A stretch of DNA of 64,000 bases, taken from an uncultured Akkermansia sp. (GTDB lineage: Bacteria > Verrucomicrobiota > Verrucomicrobiia > Verrucomicrobiales > Akkermansiaceae). Of the stretch, positions 8,628 through 18,989 are shown in pieces. The position numbers and the translations under genes were made by a program. Each line of letters begins with the position of its first letter. The first letter of the stretch is position 1. Below the pieces are notes generated by a model, which did no database searches, was not told the DNA's origin, and was given only the letters and a program-made list of their open reading frames with translations. The stretch is taken from contig CANQYL010000002.1 in the NCBI GenBank assembly GCA_947628035.1, positions 2,642-66,641 on the forward strand, read 5' to 3'.

Positions 8628-9836
8628 TCACTGCGCCGTCACGCGATAATCCGAGGCTCCGCGCAAAATGGACAGCACCTCGCCGAGTAGGAAAAAAGAA
8701 CCGCATACGAGCAGAGGTCGCTCTTCCCGCTGCAGAGCATCCTCAAGCGTCGGAGGCAGACTGATGGGCGCAGGCGAATGAGCGCCTACGATCTTTGCGA
8801 GCTCCGGCGCCGAAAGGATGCGTGGAGATTGCACGGGCGGCAAAATCCACTCCCTCACGATCGGTGAGAGAAGTTCCAGCACCCCATGCAAATCCTTGTC
8901 AGCTGCTCCGGCGAAAAGACAGACAGACTTCTCCTCGCCGTGGGTCTCCCTCCATGTGCGAACGAGAGCAGCCACGGCGTGCGGGTTATGTGCGCCATCG
9001 AGGATGATGCCGGGAGATATCTCGTCAAATCTTCCGGGCCAGCGAGTCTTGGCCAACCCGTGGCGCAGCTGCTCCTCGGAGCAGAGGAAATGCGGCATAG
9101 CTAGGCGCAAGGCCGCCAGTGCAAGCGCGGCGTTCTGCTTCTGGTGCTCCCCGGCAAGCCCGAGCGGCAACTCGCACTTTTCGTTTACGATGCGGCATTC
9201 CGTGTCATTCTCCTGCGCCACCTCATGGATAACCCGCACAGCCTCCGGTTCCTGGACGGCGCTCACAGCGGGACGGTGCCAGGCGATGATGGCAGCTTTT
9301 TCCTTCGCTATCTCGTGAAGGGTCTTGCCCAGGTACTGCGTATGATCCATACCGATGGGAGTGATGACAGCCACATCCTTCGGCACGGCGTTGGTGGCAT
9401 CCAATCGTCCTCCCATTCCTGTCTCCAATATGATGAAATCCACTTTCCGTTCCGCAAAGTAGAGCATGGCAATCGCCAACGTAAGCTCGAAAAAGGTAGG
9501 TTGCGGCTGCCAATCCCGAATGTGCTCACGCACGCGAGTAATGAGTCGCGCTACGTCAGCATCAGCTATCTCTGTTCCGTCAACTCGGATACGCTCGTTG
9601 AAACGCACGAGATGGGGAGAGGTAAAGAGTCCCGTGCTGTACCCCGCGGCACGAGCTACCGACTCGGTGAAGGCGCAAACCGATCCTTTGCCATTCGTCC
9701 CCGCAACGTGGATAACCCGCGCGCGGGGGCGACTCACCCCGAGTTCTTCCAGCAAACGCGAGATGCCGGAAAGCCCGAGCTTTACCCCGAACATCTGTAC
9801 GCCATACAGCCAGTCTAAAGCCTCCTTGTATTCCAT
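8628..9836 (-). CDS. folC: Bifunctional folylpolyglutamate synthase / dihydrofolate synthase
   Basis: HVAGTNGKGS P-loop and the Mur-ligase-like pattern typical of FolC. Confidence 0.88.
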   Translation of the reverse strand: MEYKEALDWLYGVQMFGVKLGLSGISRLLEELGVSRPRARVIHVAGTNGKGSVCAFTESVARAAGYSTGLFTSPHLVRFNERIRVDGTEIADADVARLITRVREHIRDWQPQPTFFELTLAIAMLYFAERKVDFIILETGMGGRLDATNAVPKDVAVITPIGMDHTQYLGKTLHEIAKEKAAIIAWHRPAVSAVQEPEAVRVIHEVAQENDTECRIVNEKCELPLGLAGEHQKQNAALALAALRLAMPHFLCSEEQLRHGLAKTRWPGRFDEISPGIILDGAHNPHAVAALVRTWRETHGEEKSVCLFAGAADKDLHGVLELLSPIVREWILPPVQSPRILSAPELAKIVGAHSPAPISLPPTLEDALQREERPLLVCGSFFLLGEVLSILRGASDYRVTAQ

Positions 9837-9844
9837 GATCCTGA

Positions 9845-11260
9845 TCAGTACCGGTACGCGTCACTCTTGTACGGACCTTCCACCGGCACCCCCATGTAGT
9901 CAGCCTGCCTTTCAGTGAGAGTTGTGAGGTGCACACCGAGTTTGCCGAGGTGCAAACGCGCCACCTCCTCATCCAACACCTTGGGAAGCACCCGTACTGC
10001 AGGCGCCCCGTGCCCGCCGCGTCCCTCCCACAGTGATATCTGAGCGAGCACCTGATTGGTGAAGCTGTTGCTCATCACGAAGGAAGCGTGACCCGTGGCG
10101 CATCCGAGGTTCACGAGCCTCCCCTCTGCCAGCAGGAAAATGGAGTGTCCGTCCGGGAAGGTGTAGCAATCCACCTGAGGCTTGATGTTCGTGCGCCGCA
10201 CTCCGGACGCACCCTGCAGACGCGCCACCTGAATTTCATCGTCGAAGTGTCCGATGTTGCACACGATCGCCTGATCCTTCATCCGCTCCATGTGTTCCAG
10301 TGTGATGATGTCGCAGTTGCCTGTCGTGGTTACGTAAATATCGCCGCTGCCCAAGGTGTCCTCCACAGTGAGCACGCGGTAGCCCTCCATCGCTGCCTGT
10401 AGCGCACAAATGGGGTCTATCTCCGTAACGATCACCTGCGCGCCGAGTCCTCGCAGAGCCTGGGCACAGCCCTTCCCCACATCGCCGTACCCGCAGATGA
10501 CCGCCACCTTTCCGGCAACCATCACGTCCGTTGCTCGTTTGATACCGTCCGTCAGGCTCTCACGACAACCGTACAGATTATCAAATTTGCTCTTGGTGAC
10601 CGAATCGTTCACATTGATTGCGGGGAAGAGCAAACGCCCTTCTTTTTCCATGCGGTAGAGGCGGTGCACTCCCGTGGTCGTCTCTTCAGAGACACCGACC
10701 ACCTCCGGTATCCAGCGATGAAAAACACCCGGTTGCTCCTCGGCGATGCGTCTCAGCAGGGTCTTGATGATTTCCTCCTCTCGACTCACTGATGGGGAGT
10801 GAACCCAACCGTCTCCCTCCTCCATCTCGTAACCGCGGTGCAGCAACAACGTCGCATCTCCTCCGTCATCCACAATCAACTGAGGTCCCAGTCCATCCCT
10901 GTGGCTCAAAGCTCGCCAAGTGCACTCCCAATACTCCTCCGGCGTCTCACCCTTCCAAGCAAACACAGGCACCCCCGTCGCCGCTATAGCCGCGGCGGCA
11001 TGATCCTGCGTGGAAAATATATTGCAGCTCGCCCAGCGCACATCCGCCCCGAGTTCGGTGAGCGTCTCAATGAGCACGGCTGTCTGGATCGTCATGTGCA
11101 ACGAGCCCGTGATGCGCACCCCCGCCAGCGGTTTCTTTGCCCCGTACTTCTCACGGCATGCCATCAATCCCGGCATCTCATGCTCCGATACACTGATCTC
11201 CTTTCGTCCCCAGTCCTTCAATTTGATGTCCGCTACGCGGTAAGGTTCCTGCGTCTTCAT
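9845..11260 (-). CDS. ahcY: Adenosylhomocysteinase
   Basis: Highly conserved AhcY sequence ([27 protein letters not shown] site, C-terminal YRY). Confidence 0.95.
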   Translation of the reverse strand: MKTQEPYRVADIKLKDWGRKEISVSEHEMPGLMACREKYGAKKPLAGVRITGSLHMTIQTAVLIETLTELGADVRWASCNIFSTQDHAAAAIAATGVPVFAWKGETPEEYWECTWRALSHRDGLGPQLIVDDGGDATLLLHRGYEMEEGDGWVHSPSVSREEEIIKTLLRRIAEEQPGVFHRWIPEVVGVSEETTTGVHRLYRMEKEGRLLFPAINVNDSVTKSKFDNLYGCRESLTDGIKRATDVMVAGKVAVICGYGDVGKGCAQALRGLGAQVIVTEIDPICALQAAMEGYRVLTVEDTLGSGDIYVTTTGNCDIITLEHMERMKDQAIVCNIGHFDDEIQVARLQGASGVRRTNIKPQVDCYTFPDGHSIFLLAEGRLVNLGCATGHASFVMSNSFTNQVLAQISLWEGRGGHGAPAVRVLPKVLDEEVARLHLGKLGVHLTTLTERQADYMGVPVEGPYKSDAYRY

Positions 11261-11272
11261 ACGCCCGGGAGT

Positions 11273-12361
11273 TTACCGCGTCGACGCCGGAAAGTCAAGG
11301 AGCGATGTACGCACACGAGCTCGCACTGTGTGCATCACCTGAGTCCCCATCACTTGTACTTCACGCCGTTCCAGTTGCGCATCAATGGCGGCCTTGTGCA
11401 TCAACACCCCTTCCCGATCTGCCGCATGCACCATCCCCATGATCTGCGCTCCTCCGAAAACTTCCGTTCCGCTACGCCAGTAACAATGAGTCATACAGAC
11501 ATGTTGAGCGCAAATCCCCCCGGCTCGCTCCTCCATACCCGGCTGAACGCGCCACATGAGCAGCGCCGCCGCGCCCGTGCCCGCCGCTACTCGCACTTCT
11601 GCGGCGGTGTGCTCTAAAATGACGGCAAATCGTCCCAAGAGACGTCTTTGTGCGAGGGATTGCGCCACACGGCATAAATCCGCAAGATTCTCTCCCGACA
11701 TTTCTGCTCGCCGCCTCCACGGAGACACCTCATCTTCCAACTCCTCCACACTGAGCGGCGAGCGCAGAGCGGCAATCACGCGCTGCTCCGTCTCTGTGAG
11801 TCGTGCCGGACGGGAGAGTTGCATCACCGGTTCCTTTTCCTCCAGCGTACCGGGAGCCACTCCCGCCCGACGGACATGACCAACCGACAGACGGAACATT
11901 CCCACTGCGGGCATGCAGGCAAAAGCCTCCGCACCGATGTGGGACGCCAGCTCACGACAGTGAGCCTGTAAATCATCATCGGCACCCGGCAAGCGCAGGG
12001 TCGTCCATAGGCGGTAATCCGCCCCCGGTTCCGAAGGGAACTCCGGTTCCCTCAGCGCAATATGCCCCGTAGCGGGATCATGCTCCGCCAGCCAATCAAA
12101 AGCATCCTTCTCCCGGGACGATGCTACCTTCCACGCCACGAGGCACGCAACTCCCTGCACCGAACTCGGCACGGTCTGACGCACGGCTCGCACCACCCCG
12201 GCGCGTATCATGGCAATAACCCTCTCCCTCACCTCCGCCTCCGGTATGTCACTGCGCTCGGATAGGGCACGAAAAGGCTGCTCATAAAATCCGTCAAGGC
12301 GATCCTCCGCTACGGCCAGCAGACGTAGATTGGTGGGGTCAGCCGGCGAGGAAGAAATCAT
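11273..12361 (-). CDS. Two-module Lrp/AsnC-like protein resembling siroheme decarboxylase (NirDL/AhbAB family)
   Basis: Two tandem wHTH plus ligand-domain repeats with a YRLWTTL-type motif. Its 4-nt ATGA start/stop overlap with ispE suggests an operon. Confidence 0.45.
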   Translation of the reverse strand: MISSSPADPTNLRLLAVAEDRLDGFYEQPFRALSERSDIPEAEVRERVIAMIRAGVVRAVRQTVPSSVQGVACLVAWKVASSREKDAFDWLAEHDPATGHIALREPEFPSEPGADYRLWTTLRLPGADDDLQAHCRELASHIGAEAFACMPAVGMFRLSVGHVRRAGVAPGTLEEKEPVMQLSRPARLTETEQRVIAALRSPLSVEELEDEVSPWRRRAEMSGENLADLCRVAQSLAQRRLLGRFAVILEHTAAEVRVAAGTGAAALLMWRVQPGMEERAGGICAQHVCMTHCYWRSGTEVFGGAQIMGMVHAADREGVLMHKAAIDAQLERREVQVMGTQVMHTVRARVRTSLLDFPASTR

Positions 12362-13215
12362 TGAGGATTGACGATACCGCAGTAGGTGAACAACGTAGGA
12401 TCCAGCTCCTCCTTCGCATCAGCCGCGACCTGAGCAGCTTGCTCCGGCGTCTCTGTGAGCGCGAACATACACGCTCCGCTCCCACAGAGAAGAGCCGCGG
12501 TCACTCCGGACCTCTCAAGGAGCCATTTCTTCATCAGACCCAAGAAAGGGAATTTCTCAAAAACAGGTCTTTCTAGGTCATTACTCATTCTTAATCCCCG
12601 CGTTTCCTGGACATCATACGGTATGTCCTTCAGCCGTCTGGAGCCTCCCCATGCTCCGTACGCCCACGCCGTGGATATTCCAAACCGGGGTTTAAGGAGT
12701 ACAATCGGACTCGTCCACTCCATGAAGGGAACCATGGGACGCACCTTCTCTCCCCGTCCGGTGCATCGACTGATCACCGGGTTTAGGAAAAACGGCACAT
12801 CGCTCCCGATCGCTGCCGCCATCTCAGCCAGCTCTTCCGGACTGTACTGGGTGCCCAGTATTTCATTGACTGCCACCAACGTTGTAGCCGCATCCGATGA
12901 GCCTCCCCCCAATCCCGCTGCATGGGGAATATGTTTTGTGAGTGTGATGCGTTGCTTCGCCTTGCGTCCGTAATGTTTTTCAAACTCCTGGATCGCCCGC
13001 ACCACCAGATTACTCTCATCCGACGGCACGCCGGGAGCATCGCACAGCAACGTCGTCGTGCGCGAATTATGAAACTCTAATTCATCCGCCAAATCTAACT
13101 TGGCCATGATCATGTCGACCTCGTGATATCCATCCTCGCGCTGCCTCTTTACTCGAAGAGACAAATTCACCTTTGCAGGAGCTTTGTACATGCCCCGAGG
13201 GTACACGAATTGCAT
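12358..13215 (-). CDS. ispE: 4-diphosphocytidyl-2-C-methyl-D-erythritol kinase
   Basis: APAKVNLSLRV and GLGGGSSDAA GHMP-kinase motifs. The true start may be the MYKAPAKV Met at 13191. Confidence 0.9.
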   Translation of the reverse strand: MQFVYPRGMYKAPAKVNLSLRVKRQREDGYHEVDMIMAKLDLADELEFHNSRTTTLLCDAPGVPSDESNLVVRAIQEFEKHYGRKAKQRITLTKHIPHAAGLGGGSSDAATTLVAVNEILGTQYSPEELAEMAAAIGSDVPFFLNPVISRCTGRGEKVRPMVPFMEWTSPIVLLKPRFGISTAWAYGAWGGSRRLKDIPYDVQETRGLRMSNDLERPVFEKFPFLGLMKKWLLERSGVTAALLCGSGACMFALTETPEQAAQVAADAKEELDPTLFTYCGIVNPQ

Positions 13216-13249
13216 TCCCTAGTCAAGGCATAATCCAGCCCGGAAGAGC

Positions 13250-13465
13250 CAGGGCAAACACATTTGGAAATGCGTTTGCTATTTACGAATTACGATATGG
13301 GGAGTTCGGCGGCTACGCCGCGAATTTGGCGAACGAGAGGGCTTCTTGAGAACCATCATCATGATGACCGCTCGTCGTCATGATTTTTGATACGCATCAA
13401 CGATGATATTAGTCAATAAGAGTATTCTCTCTACTGATGAACCTCTCTCAAATGCAGTTGCCCTG
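13250..13465 (-). repeat. MITE-like element, copy 2 (inverted, subfamily B)
   Basis: Hairpin end CAGGGCAAACACATTTGGAAATGCGTTTGC on the left and single arm CAAATGCAGTTGCCCTG on the right. The interior matches the reverse complement of copy 4. Confidence 0.8.
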
Positions 13466-13484
13466 CCGGGGAGAGCTGCATGAT

Positions 13485-13513
13485 TTGACAGCAAGTTGCG
13501 TATGTGCTAGAAT
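13485..13513 (+). promoter_or_regulatory. Sigma70-type promoter of def (TTGACA-N17-TAGAAT)
   Basis: TTGACA at 13485-13490 and TAGAAT at 13508-13513. Confidence 0.6.
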
Positions 13514-13528
13514 GTCGGTAGTACAACT

Positions 13529-14098
13529 ATGTTGCTTTCAATCAGACAGTATGGGGACCCGGTGCTGAGGGAGCCGTGTGCTCCGGTTGAAAAGGTTGAC
13601 TTGGAATTGAACACACTCGCGGTAAACATGCTTGAAACCATGTACGCTGCGGAGGGAATCGGTCTCGCTGCTCCTCAGGTAGGACTCGGTTTGCAGCTTG
13701 TTGCCATCGACATCCCCGATGAAGAAGCCGCTGACGAAGAGGACAAAATTATCACTGTGAATGGAAAACAGCAACCCATGCGCAGCATCATGCCCCTCGT
13801 CTTTATCAACCCCGTTCTGAAGCCTTACGGCAAGCAGGAACTCTGCACCGAAGGTTGCCTGAGCGTTCGCGGAGTGCGCTCCCGCGTATCGCGTCCCTGC
13901 CGAGTGAAAGCTACTTTGCACAAGCTGGACGGTAAGGTCTTGGAGATCGACTGTGGCGGGCTGCTTGCGCGCTGCTTGCAGCATGAGTGCGACCACTTGT
14001 CAGGGCTCCTGTTTACGGACAAGGTGTCCAGTGCGGCGAAGGTAACGCTGGCGAAGCGGCTTAAGAACCTCTTGCACCTGAAGCAAGATTCGCCTTAA
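13529..14098 (+). CDS. def: Peptide deformylase
   Basis: GIGLAAPQVG, EGCLSV and HECDHL motifs. Confidence 0.95.
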   Translation: MLLSIRQYGDPVLREPCAPVEKVDLELNTLAVNMLETMYAAEGIGLAAPQVGLGLQLVAIDIPDEEAADEEDKIITVNGKQQPMRSIMPLVFINPVLKPYGKQELCTEGCLSVRGVRSRVSRPCRVKATLHKLDGKVLEIDCGGLLARCLQHECDHLSGLLFTDKVSSAAKVTLAKRLKNLLHLKQDSP

Positions 14099-14988
14099 AG
14101 GCAAGAGAAAAATGCGCGCAGCATGGAGCTGTAAACCGCGAGGCGAGATATCTTGACTCTCTTCCCGGGTTTGGCTCGCCGAATGGCAGCGAGAGTTTGA
14201 AGTCCCAGTAAGGCCGGCAACAAACTCGCATACCTCACTCGAAATTGACGCAGGTTGTGCGCGTATCTCACTCCGTCCCTCAAGTAGTTTTCTGCACGGC
14301 GCAACCACTCCGCAGGGTCAGAACACAGGTAGCTCCGCCCCCTGCGGGCATCTTCCTCCCGATCTCGCAGGACATTGACGAGTTGCAACCCGCAACCATA
14401 GCGAGCGGCGATTTCCTGCATGGCGTCCGTCTGAGCGAGATCACAGAATTTCTCTCCCAAGGCGCTGACGCCCAGCTGGGTCCAGAAACGCCCCACACAA
14501 CCGGCCACTCTGTAGATGTAGAGACGCGTCTGCTCATCAGAGAGCACGCAGTTATGCTCTTCGAAAAAGGTAAGGTCCCACTGCTGTCCTTTGATGATGG
14601 TGGCAAGCACACTGCGCACGAGTTCCGGCTGAGGACCCGGCAACTTTTCGAGTAGTGGCAGCAACTCTCCGAATCCGGAGAGCAGCTCCGCCTCCGCCGG
14701 TTTGTCCGCGCCAGCGCAAAATTCTTTTGTCAACGGCTCCCACTCACTCTCCCCCGCAATGGCTGCTCGCATCCTCTCCAAGGCAACAAGTCTCCGATTC
14801 AGAGGAATATCTCTTGCATCCGCTGCACTGTCCGTCGCACGAGCAAGGAGGTAGGCCAAACCGACAGCGGACCTCATCTCCGCGGGCAGAGCAGATACCG
14901 ATAAAAAGAACGAGCGCGAAACGGCGCGTAACAACGTCACCTTCTCCTGCATGAGGAGGATTATACCACCGGGGGAACATGATGGCAA
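14095..14988 (-). CDS. Squalene/phytoene synthase family protein (HpnC/HpnD-like)
   Basis: Asp-rich motifs ATDSAAD and NVLRDREEDARRGRSYL. The start is possibly at 14952 (MQEKVTLL). Confidence 0.75.
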   Translation of the reverse strand: MPSCSPGGIILLMQEKVTLLRAVSRSFFLSVSALPAEMRSAVGLAYLLARATDSAADARDIPLNRRLVALERMRAAIAGESEWEPLTKEFCAGADKPAEAELLSGFGELLPLLEKLPGPQPELVRSVLATIIKGQQWDLTFFEEHNCVLSDEQTRLYIYRVAGCVGRFWTQLGVSALGEKFCDLAQTDAMQEIAARYGCGLQLVNVLRDREEDARRGRSYLCSDPAEWLRRAENYLRDGVRYAHNLRQFRVRYASLLPALLGLQTLAAIRRAKPGKRVKISRLAVYSSMLRAFFSCL

Positions 14989-15042
14989 GACATGGAAAAA
15001 AGGGTTGCATCAGCGGCGAGGAGCTGGTAGGATGGACGCGCT

Positions 15043-16287
15043 ATGAAAATCGCCGTCATTGGAAAAGGAGGGCGCGAGCAAGCCTTGGTGGAAACCCTGG
15101 CAGCATCCCCCGGAAGCCCTCAATTGTTTTCTTTCCCCGGCAGCGATGCCATTCTTCAAACGGCTCAGCCCATCCCGGCTCATGATATGGATGATCTCAT
15201 CAGCTGGATGATGGCCAACAAAATTGACCTTTGCGTGGCGGGCGAGGAAAGTTACCTCGTGAAGGGCGATGGGCTGGCTAACCGCTGTGCCGCCGCGGGA
15301 ATTCCCTGTTGGGGACCGCCCAAGGAAAGTGCACAACTGGAAGCTTCCAAAGAATTCGCCAAGAAGTTTTTGAATCGCCATGGCATACCGACCGGACGAG
15401 CCGTTGCCGTGCAGGACCGCGAGACCGCTCTTCAAGCCATCGGAGACCGGTATCCCACCGTTTTAAAGTTCGATGGTTTGGCTGCCGGCAAGGGTGTAGC
15501 CGTATGCGCGGATGCTGCCCAGGCTGAAGAGTTTTTGGACGAGGTTTTCACCCACAAGCGTTTCGGCGAGGGACGCTTGCTTGTGGAGGAATATCTAACC
15601 GGACCCGAGATCTCCATTTTTGCCGCAGTCTGTGATGACAACTACCTCATCCTCTGTCCCGCACGCGACTACAAGCGCCTCAAGGACGGAGACGAGGGGC
15701 CCAACACCGGTGGCATGGGAGCTGTGGCTTCTCGCCGTCTGACGGATGGAGACACCCTGCGCTGCATCGAGCAGACCATTGTGGCACCGACGGTGGCGGG
15801 GCTGCGGAAGGATCATCTTCCCTACCGCGGCTTCCTCTACTTTGGACTCATGCTCACTCCGGAGGGACCGAAAGTGATTGAGTACAATTGCCGCTTCGGG
15901 GATCCGGAATGCGAAGCTGTGATGCCGCTGCTGCACGGAGATCTGGCAGGTTTCTGTATGGCGGGTGCGCGCGGTGAATTCAAGCCGGAGCTTATCTCCT
16001 TCCGGGAGGGTTGGAGTGTCTGCTGCATCCTCGCATCTGCCGGCTATCCCTCCTCTTCCCACAGCGGCGATACCATCCACGGACTGGATGTTTGCGCCGC
16101 GCGCGTTTTCCACTGCGGCACCAAGCGAGTGGGCGATGAATGGCAAACGGCCGGAGGTCGTGTACTGGCGATCGTTGCCACGGGAGATACCCTGGACGCC
16201 GCCCGCAAAGCAGCCCACGCCGAGGCCGCCAAGATAGACTTTGACGGCAGCCAGCGTCGCAGTGACGTAGCCTATCGTAATGTCTGA
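15043..16287 (+). CDS. purD: Phosphoribosylamine-glycine ligase
   Basis: MKIAVIGKGGREQAL and an ATP-grasp pattern (GLAAGKGV, EYNCRFGDPE). Confidence 0.93.
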   Translation: MKIAVIGKGGREQALVETLAASPGSPQLFSFPGSDAILQTAQPIPAHDMDDLISWMMANKIDLCVAGEESYLVKGDGLANRCAAAGIPCWGPPKESAQLEASKEFAKKFLNRHGIPTGRAVAVQDRETALQAIGDRYPTVLKFDGLAAGKGVAVCADAAQAEEFLDEVFTHKRFGEGRLLVEEYLTGPEISIFAAVCDDNYLILCPARDYKRLKDGDEGPNTGGMGAVASRRLTDGDTLRCIEQTIVAPTVAGLRKDHLPYRGFLYFGLMLTPEGPKVIEYNCRFGDPECEAVMPLLHGDLAGFCMAGARGEFKPELISFREGWSVCCILASAGYPSSSHSGDTIHGLDVCAARVFHCGTKRVGDEWQTAGGRVLAIVATGDTLDAARKAAHAEAAKIDFDGSQRRSDVAYRNV

Positions 16288-16299
16288 CCCCTTCCTCTT

Positions 16300-17391
16300 A
16301 TGAAAAAGAATTCCCATCTATCATCTACTGATTTTCTCTATAAAATCCTCGACACTCCATCCCCTACCGGTATGGAGATACAAGCTCAGAGAATCTGGGC
16401 CGACTACGTGGCTCCTTACACCGACTCTCAGGAGTGCGACGCCTATGGATCCACCTGGGCAACCCTGCGCAGCAAGCAAAAAAACGCCCCCACGCTCATG
16501 CTCGATGCGCATGCCGATGAAATCGGTTTCTCCATCCGCCACATCACCGATGATGGTTTCGCGTACGTGGAACGCCTCGGCGGCTCGGATGTAGCCATAG
16601 CTCGTGGTCGCCGCCTGCGCTTCTTCGGCGCCAAGGGAGAAGTGACCGGTATCATCGGCAACACGGCGATCCACATCCGCGAGGATCAGGACAAGGCGCC
16701 CAAGCTCTGGGAGTTGTACGTGGATCTCGGATGCCGAAACAAAGACGAAGTGGAAAAGCTGGGTTTGCGCGTAGGCGACCGCGCCGTTTATTGTGATGGT
16801 CCGCTCATGCTCAACGAAGGCGGACGCCTCGTGTGTCGCGCATTGGATGACCGTCTCTGCGGCTACATCATTGCTGAAACGGCTCGAGCCCTCCATGAAC
16901 GCAAAATTTCTCCCGCCTGGAACATTGTCTTTGCCAACAGTGTGCAGGAGGAAGTAGGCTGCTATGGGGCACAGATGCTCACCTACCGCATCCACCCGGA
17001 TGCTGCCATCTGCTTGGACGTGACTCATGCCACCGACACCCCCGGTCTTGCTCCCACCCGTTACGGCGAAGTGAAACTGGGCGCAGGTCCCTGCCTCTGC
17101 ATCGGACCCGCTTGCCACCCCAAGATCAACTCGCGCATCGAGCAAGTCGTCTCCCGAGCTAAGCTCCCGCTCCAACGCGAAACCTCCGGGCGCGCTACGG
17201 GAACCAACACAGACTCCATTTTCCGTTCCCGCGAAGGCGTGCCCTCCACCAACCTTTCCCTCCCGCTGCGCTATATGCACAGCCCGGTGGAGACAGCCGA
17301 TTTGGGTGATGTGATGGCCACGGTGGATGTGTTGGTCGAGTTTATCGCTTCGCTGAAGACATCGGATAACTTCCGCCACACTCTGCGCTGA
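16300..17391 (+). CDS. M42 family metallopeptidase (FrvX/PepA-like aminopeptidase)
   Basis: DAHADEIGF, ALDDRLCG and SVQEEVG motifs. Confidence 0.85.
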   Translation: MKKNSHLSSTDFLYKILDTPSPTGMEIQAQRIWADYVAPYTDSQECDAYGSTWATLRSKQKNAPTLMLDAHADEIGFSIRHITDDGFAYVERLGGSDVAIARGRRLRFFGAKGEVTGIIGNTAIHIREDQDKAPKLWELYVDLGCRNKDEVEKLGLRVGDRAVYCDGPLMLNEGGRLVCRALDDRLCGYIIAETARALHERKISPAWNIVFANSVQEEVGCYGAQMLTYRIHPDAAICLDVTHATDTPGLAPTRYGEVKLGAGPCLCIGPACHPKINSRIEQVVSRAKLPLQRETSGRATGTNTDSIFRSREGVPSTNLSLPLRYMHSPVETADLGDVMATVDVLVEFIASLKTSDNFRHTLR

Positions 17392-17399
17392 ATTTCGCT

Positions 17400-18221
17400 A
17401 TGTTGGAATGGTGGGAAGCCGTGGTGTTGGGCATTGTGGAAGGTCTCACGGAATATCTACCTGTGAGTTCTACCGGTCACCTCATCATTGCCCAATACCT
17501 CGTGGGAATCGGAGAGTCGCCCGCTCTCAGCGCCTTTGAGATTTGCATCCAGGGTGGGGCTATCCTCGCCGTTCTTGGACTCTACCGCCGTCGAGTCGCC
17601 CAGATGTGGCAAGGGCTGTTGGGAAGAAACGTCTCAGGTTTGCGTCTGCTCATCAATCTCATCATTGCCTTCATTCCCGCGGCGGTCGTGGGTCTGCTCT
17701 GTTCGGGGCTCATCAAGAACTACCTGTTTAATGCTCGCGTGGTCATGCTCGCATGGGCCGTGGGCGGCATCGCCATCCTGCTGTACGTGCGCCAGCGTGA
17801 AAGGAACGGTCGAAAGAATGAAGGCAACTCCCTAGAGCAACTCTCTCATCAGGGCGCATTTGCCGTCGGTCTCATGCAATGCGTTGCCATGTGCCCCGGT
17901 GTGAGCCGCAGTCTCATGACGATGCTCGGTGGTCTCACGGTCGGACTCAGTCTCACCGCCGCCGTGGAATTCAGCTTCCTGCTCGGTCTCATCACCCTCG
18001 GTGCAGCCACCGCTCATGATGCCGTCAAATACGGAACTGACATGGTGCAGCAGATCGGCTGGACCTCCATGCTCATCGGCACCTTCGTAGCCTGGGCAAG
18101 CTCTATTGTCGCCGTTAAATGGATGGTGGGCTACCTCAATCGCCACAGCCTTTCCATTTTCGGATGGTACCGTCTGTTCGCCGCAGCCGTCATGCTTGTC
18201 CTCATCTGCTACGGGCCCTGA
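17400..18221 (+). CDS. uppP: Undecaprenyl-diphosphate phosphatase
   Basis: GIVEGLTEYLPVSSTGHL and PGVSRS motifs; polytopic membrane protein. Confidence 0.93.
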   Translation: MLEWWEAVVLGIVEGLTEYLPVSSTGHLIIAQYLVGIGESPALSAFEICIQGGAILAVLGLYRRRVAQMWQGLLGRNVSGLRLLINLIIAFIPAAVVGLLCSGLIKNYLFNARVVMLAWAVGGIAILLYVRQRERNGRKNEGNSLEQLSHQGAFAVGLMQCVAMCPGVSRSLMTMLGGLTVGLSLTAAVEFSFLLGLITLGAATAHDAVKYGTDMVQQIGWTSMLIGTFVAWASSIVAVKWMVGYLNRHSLSIFGWYRLFAAAVMLVLICYGP

Positions 18222-18434
18222 TAAACCGAGTCACAGACACATTGACGCACGTACCGTCACGCCGGGGGTTTTTCTTCACCGAACGAAAAGAGCCCCTGTG
18301 AACATCGGGACGACGAGTCCAAAGTGCAATTTTTCGGTCGGAGTATGAAGCGGGCGTCATACAATTGTTCATATAGATAACCGCGGAGCGCCGCCGGTGT
18401 ATCACGTGTCGTACAGGACAAACGCACCTATAAT

Positions 18435-18860
18435 CGCCACATCCGTCCCAAGAAAACGCGATCTCAACACGCAGTTATCGGTGGGTGATACAGCATAACC
18501 CATTGGTTATGGACAATGGACGATGCGAATTTTAGCGCGCTACGCGCGTTTTAGCGGATCGACAGTAAAACGAAATTTTCGAGGATGAGAGTGCGTTGAC
18601 AGAAGGAAAGCGTCCGGAGTTACGCCATGCCGAACCCGCCGCTTTGCTGAATCGTCAATGGTTTGCCATCTTGACTCAGCGCCGCCCCATCGGCGCTTGC
18701 TTCGGAGTCGCCTCACGACTCCTCATCCCGTTGGGACAAAAGCTATCGCTTTTGGCTAATCGACCTTACAGCCGTCGGTCGCTTTCACCTTTCGGGCAAA
18801 AGCTGCGCTTTTGTCCAATCCCCTCCGAGCCCTCGGGAGCTTTGCTGACTTATATTCTCC
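18435..18860 (-). repeat. Mosaic repeat region in inverted orientation (CATAAC family 18435-18510, heptamers, 64-nt core 18696-18759)
   Basis: The reverse complement matches 5819-5895 and 5480-5650 / 3480-3640. Confidence 0.8.
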
Positions 18861-18989
18861 ATCCAGAGGAAACGCATGGGAATGGGTTGAGTGAGCGCAG
18901 AGAAGATTTCATCGGGACACGTGTGTATAATCGCACCTGTTCCGAATGGAGTGCTTGCCATCCCCCACTCCTCATGCTACAATGCGCCC

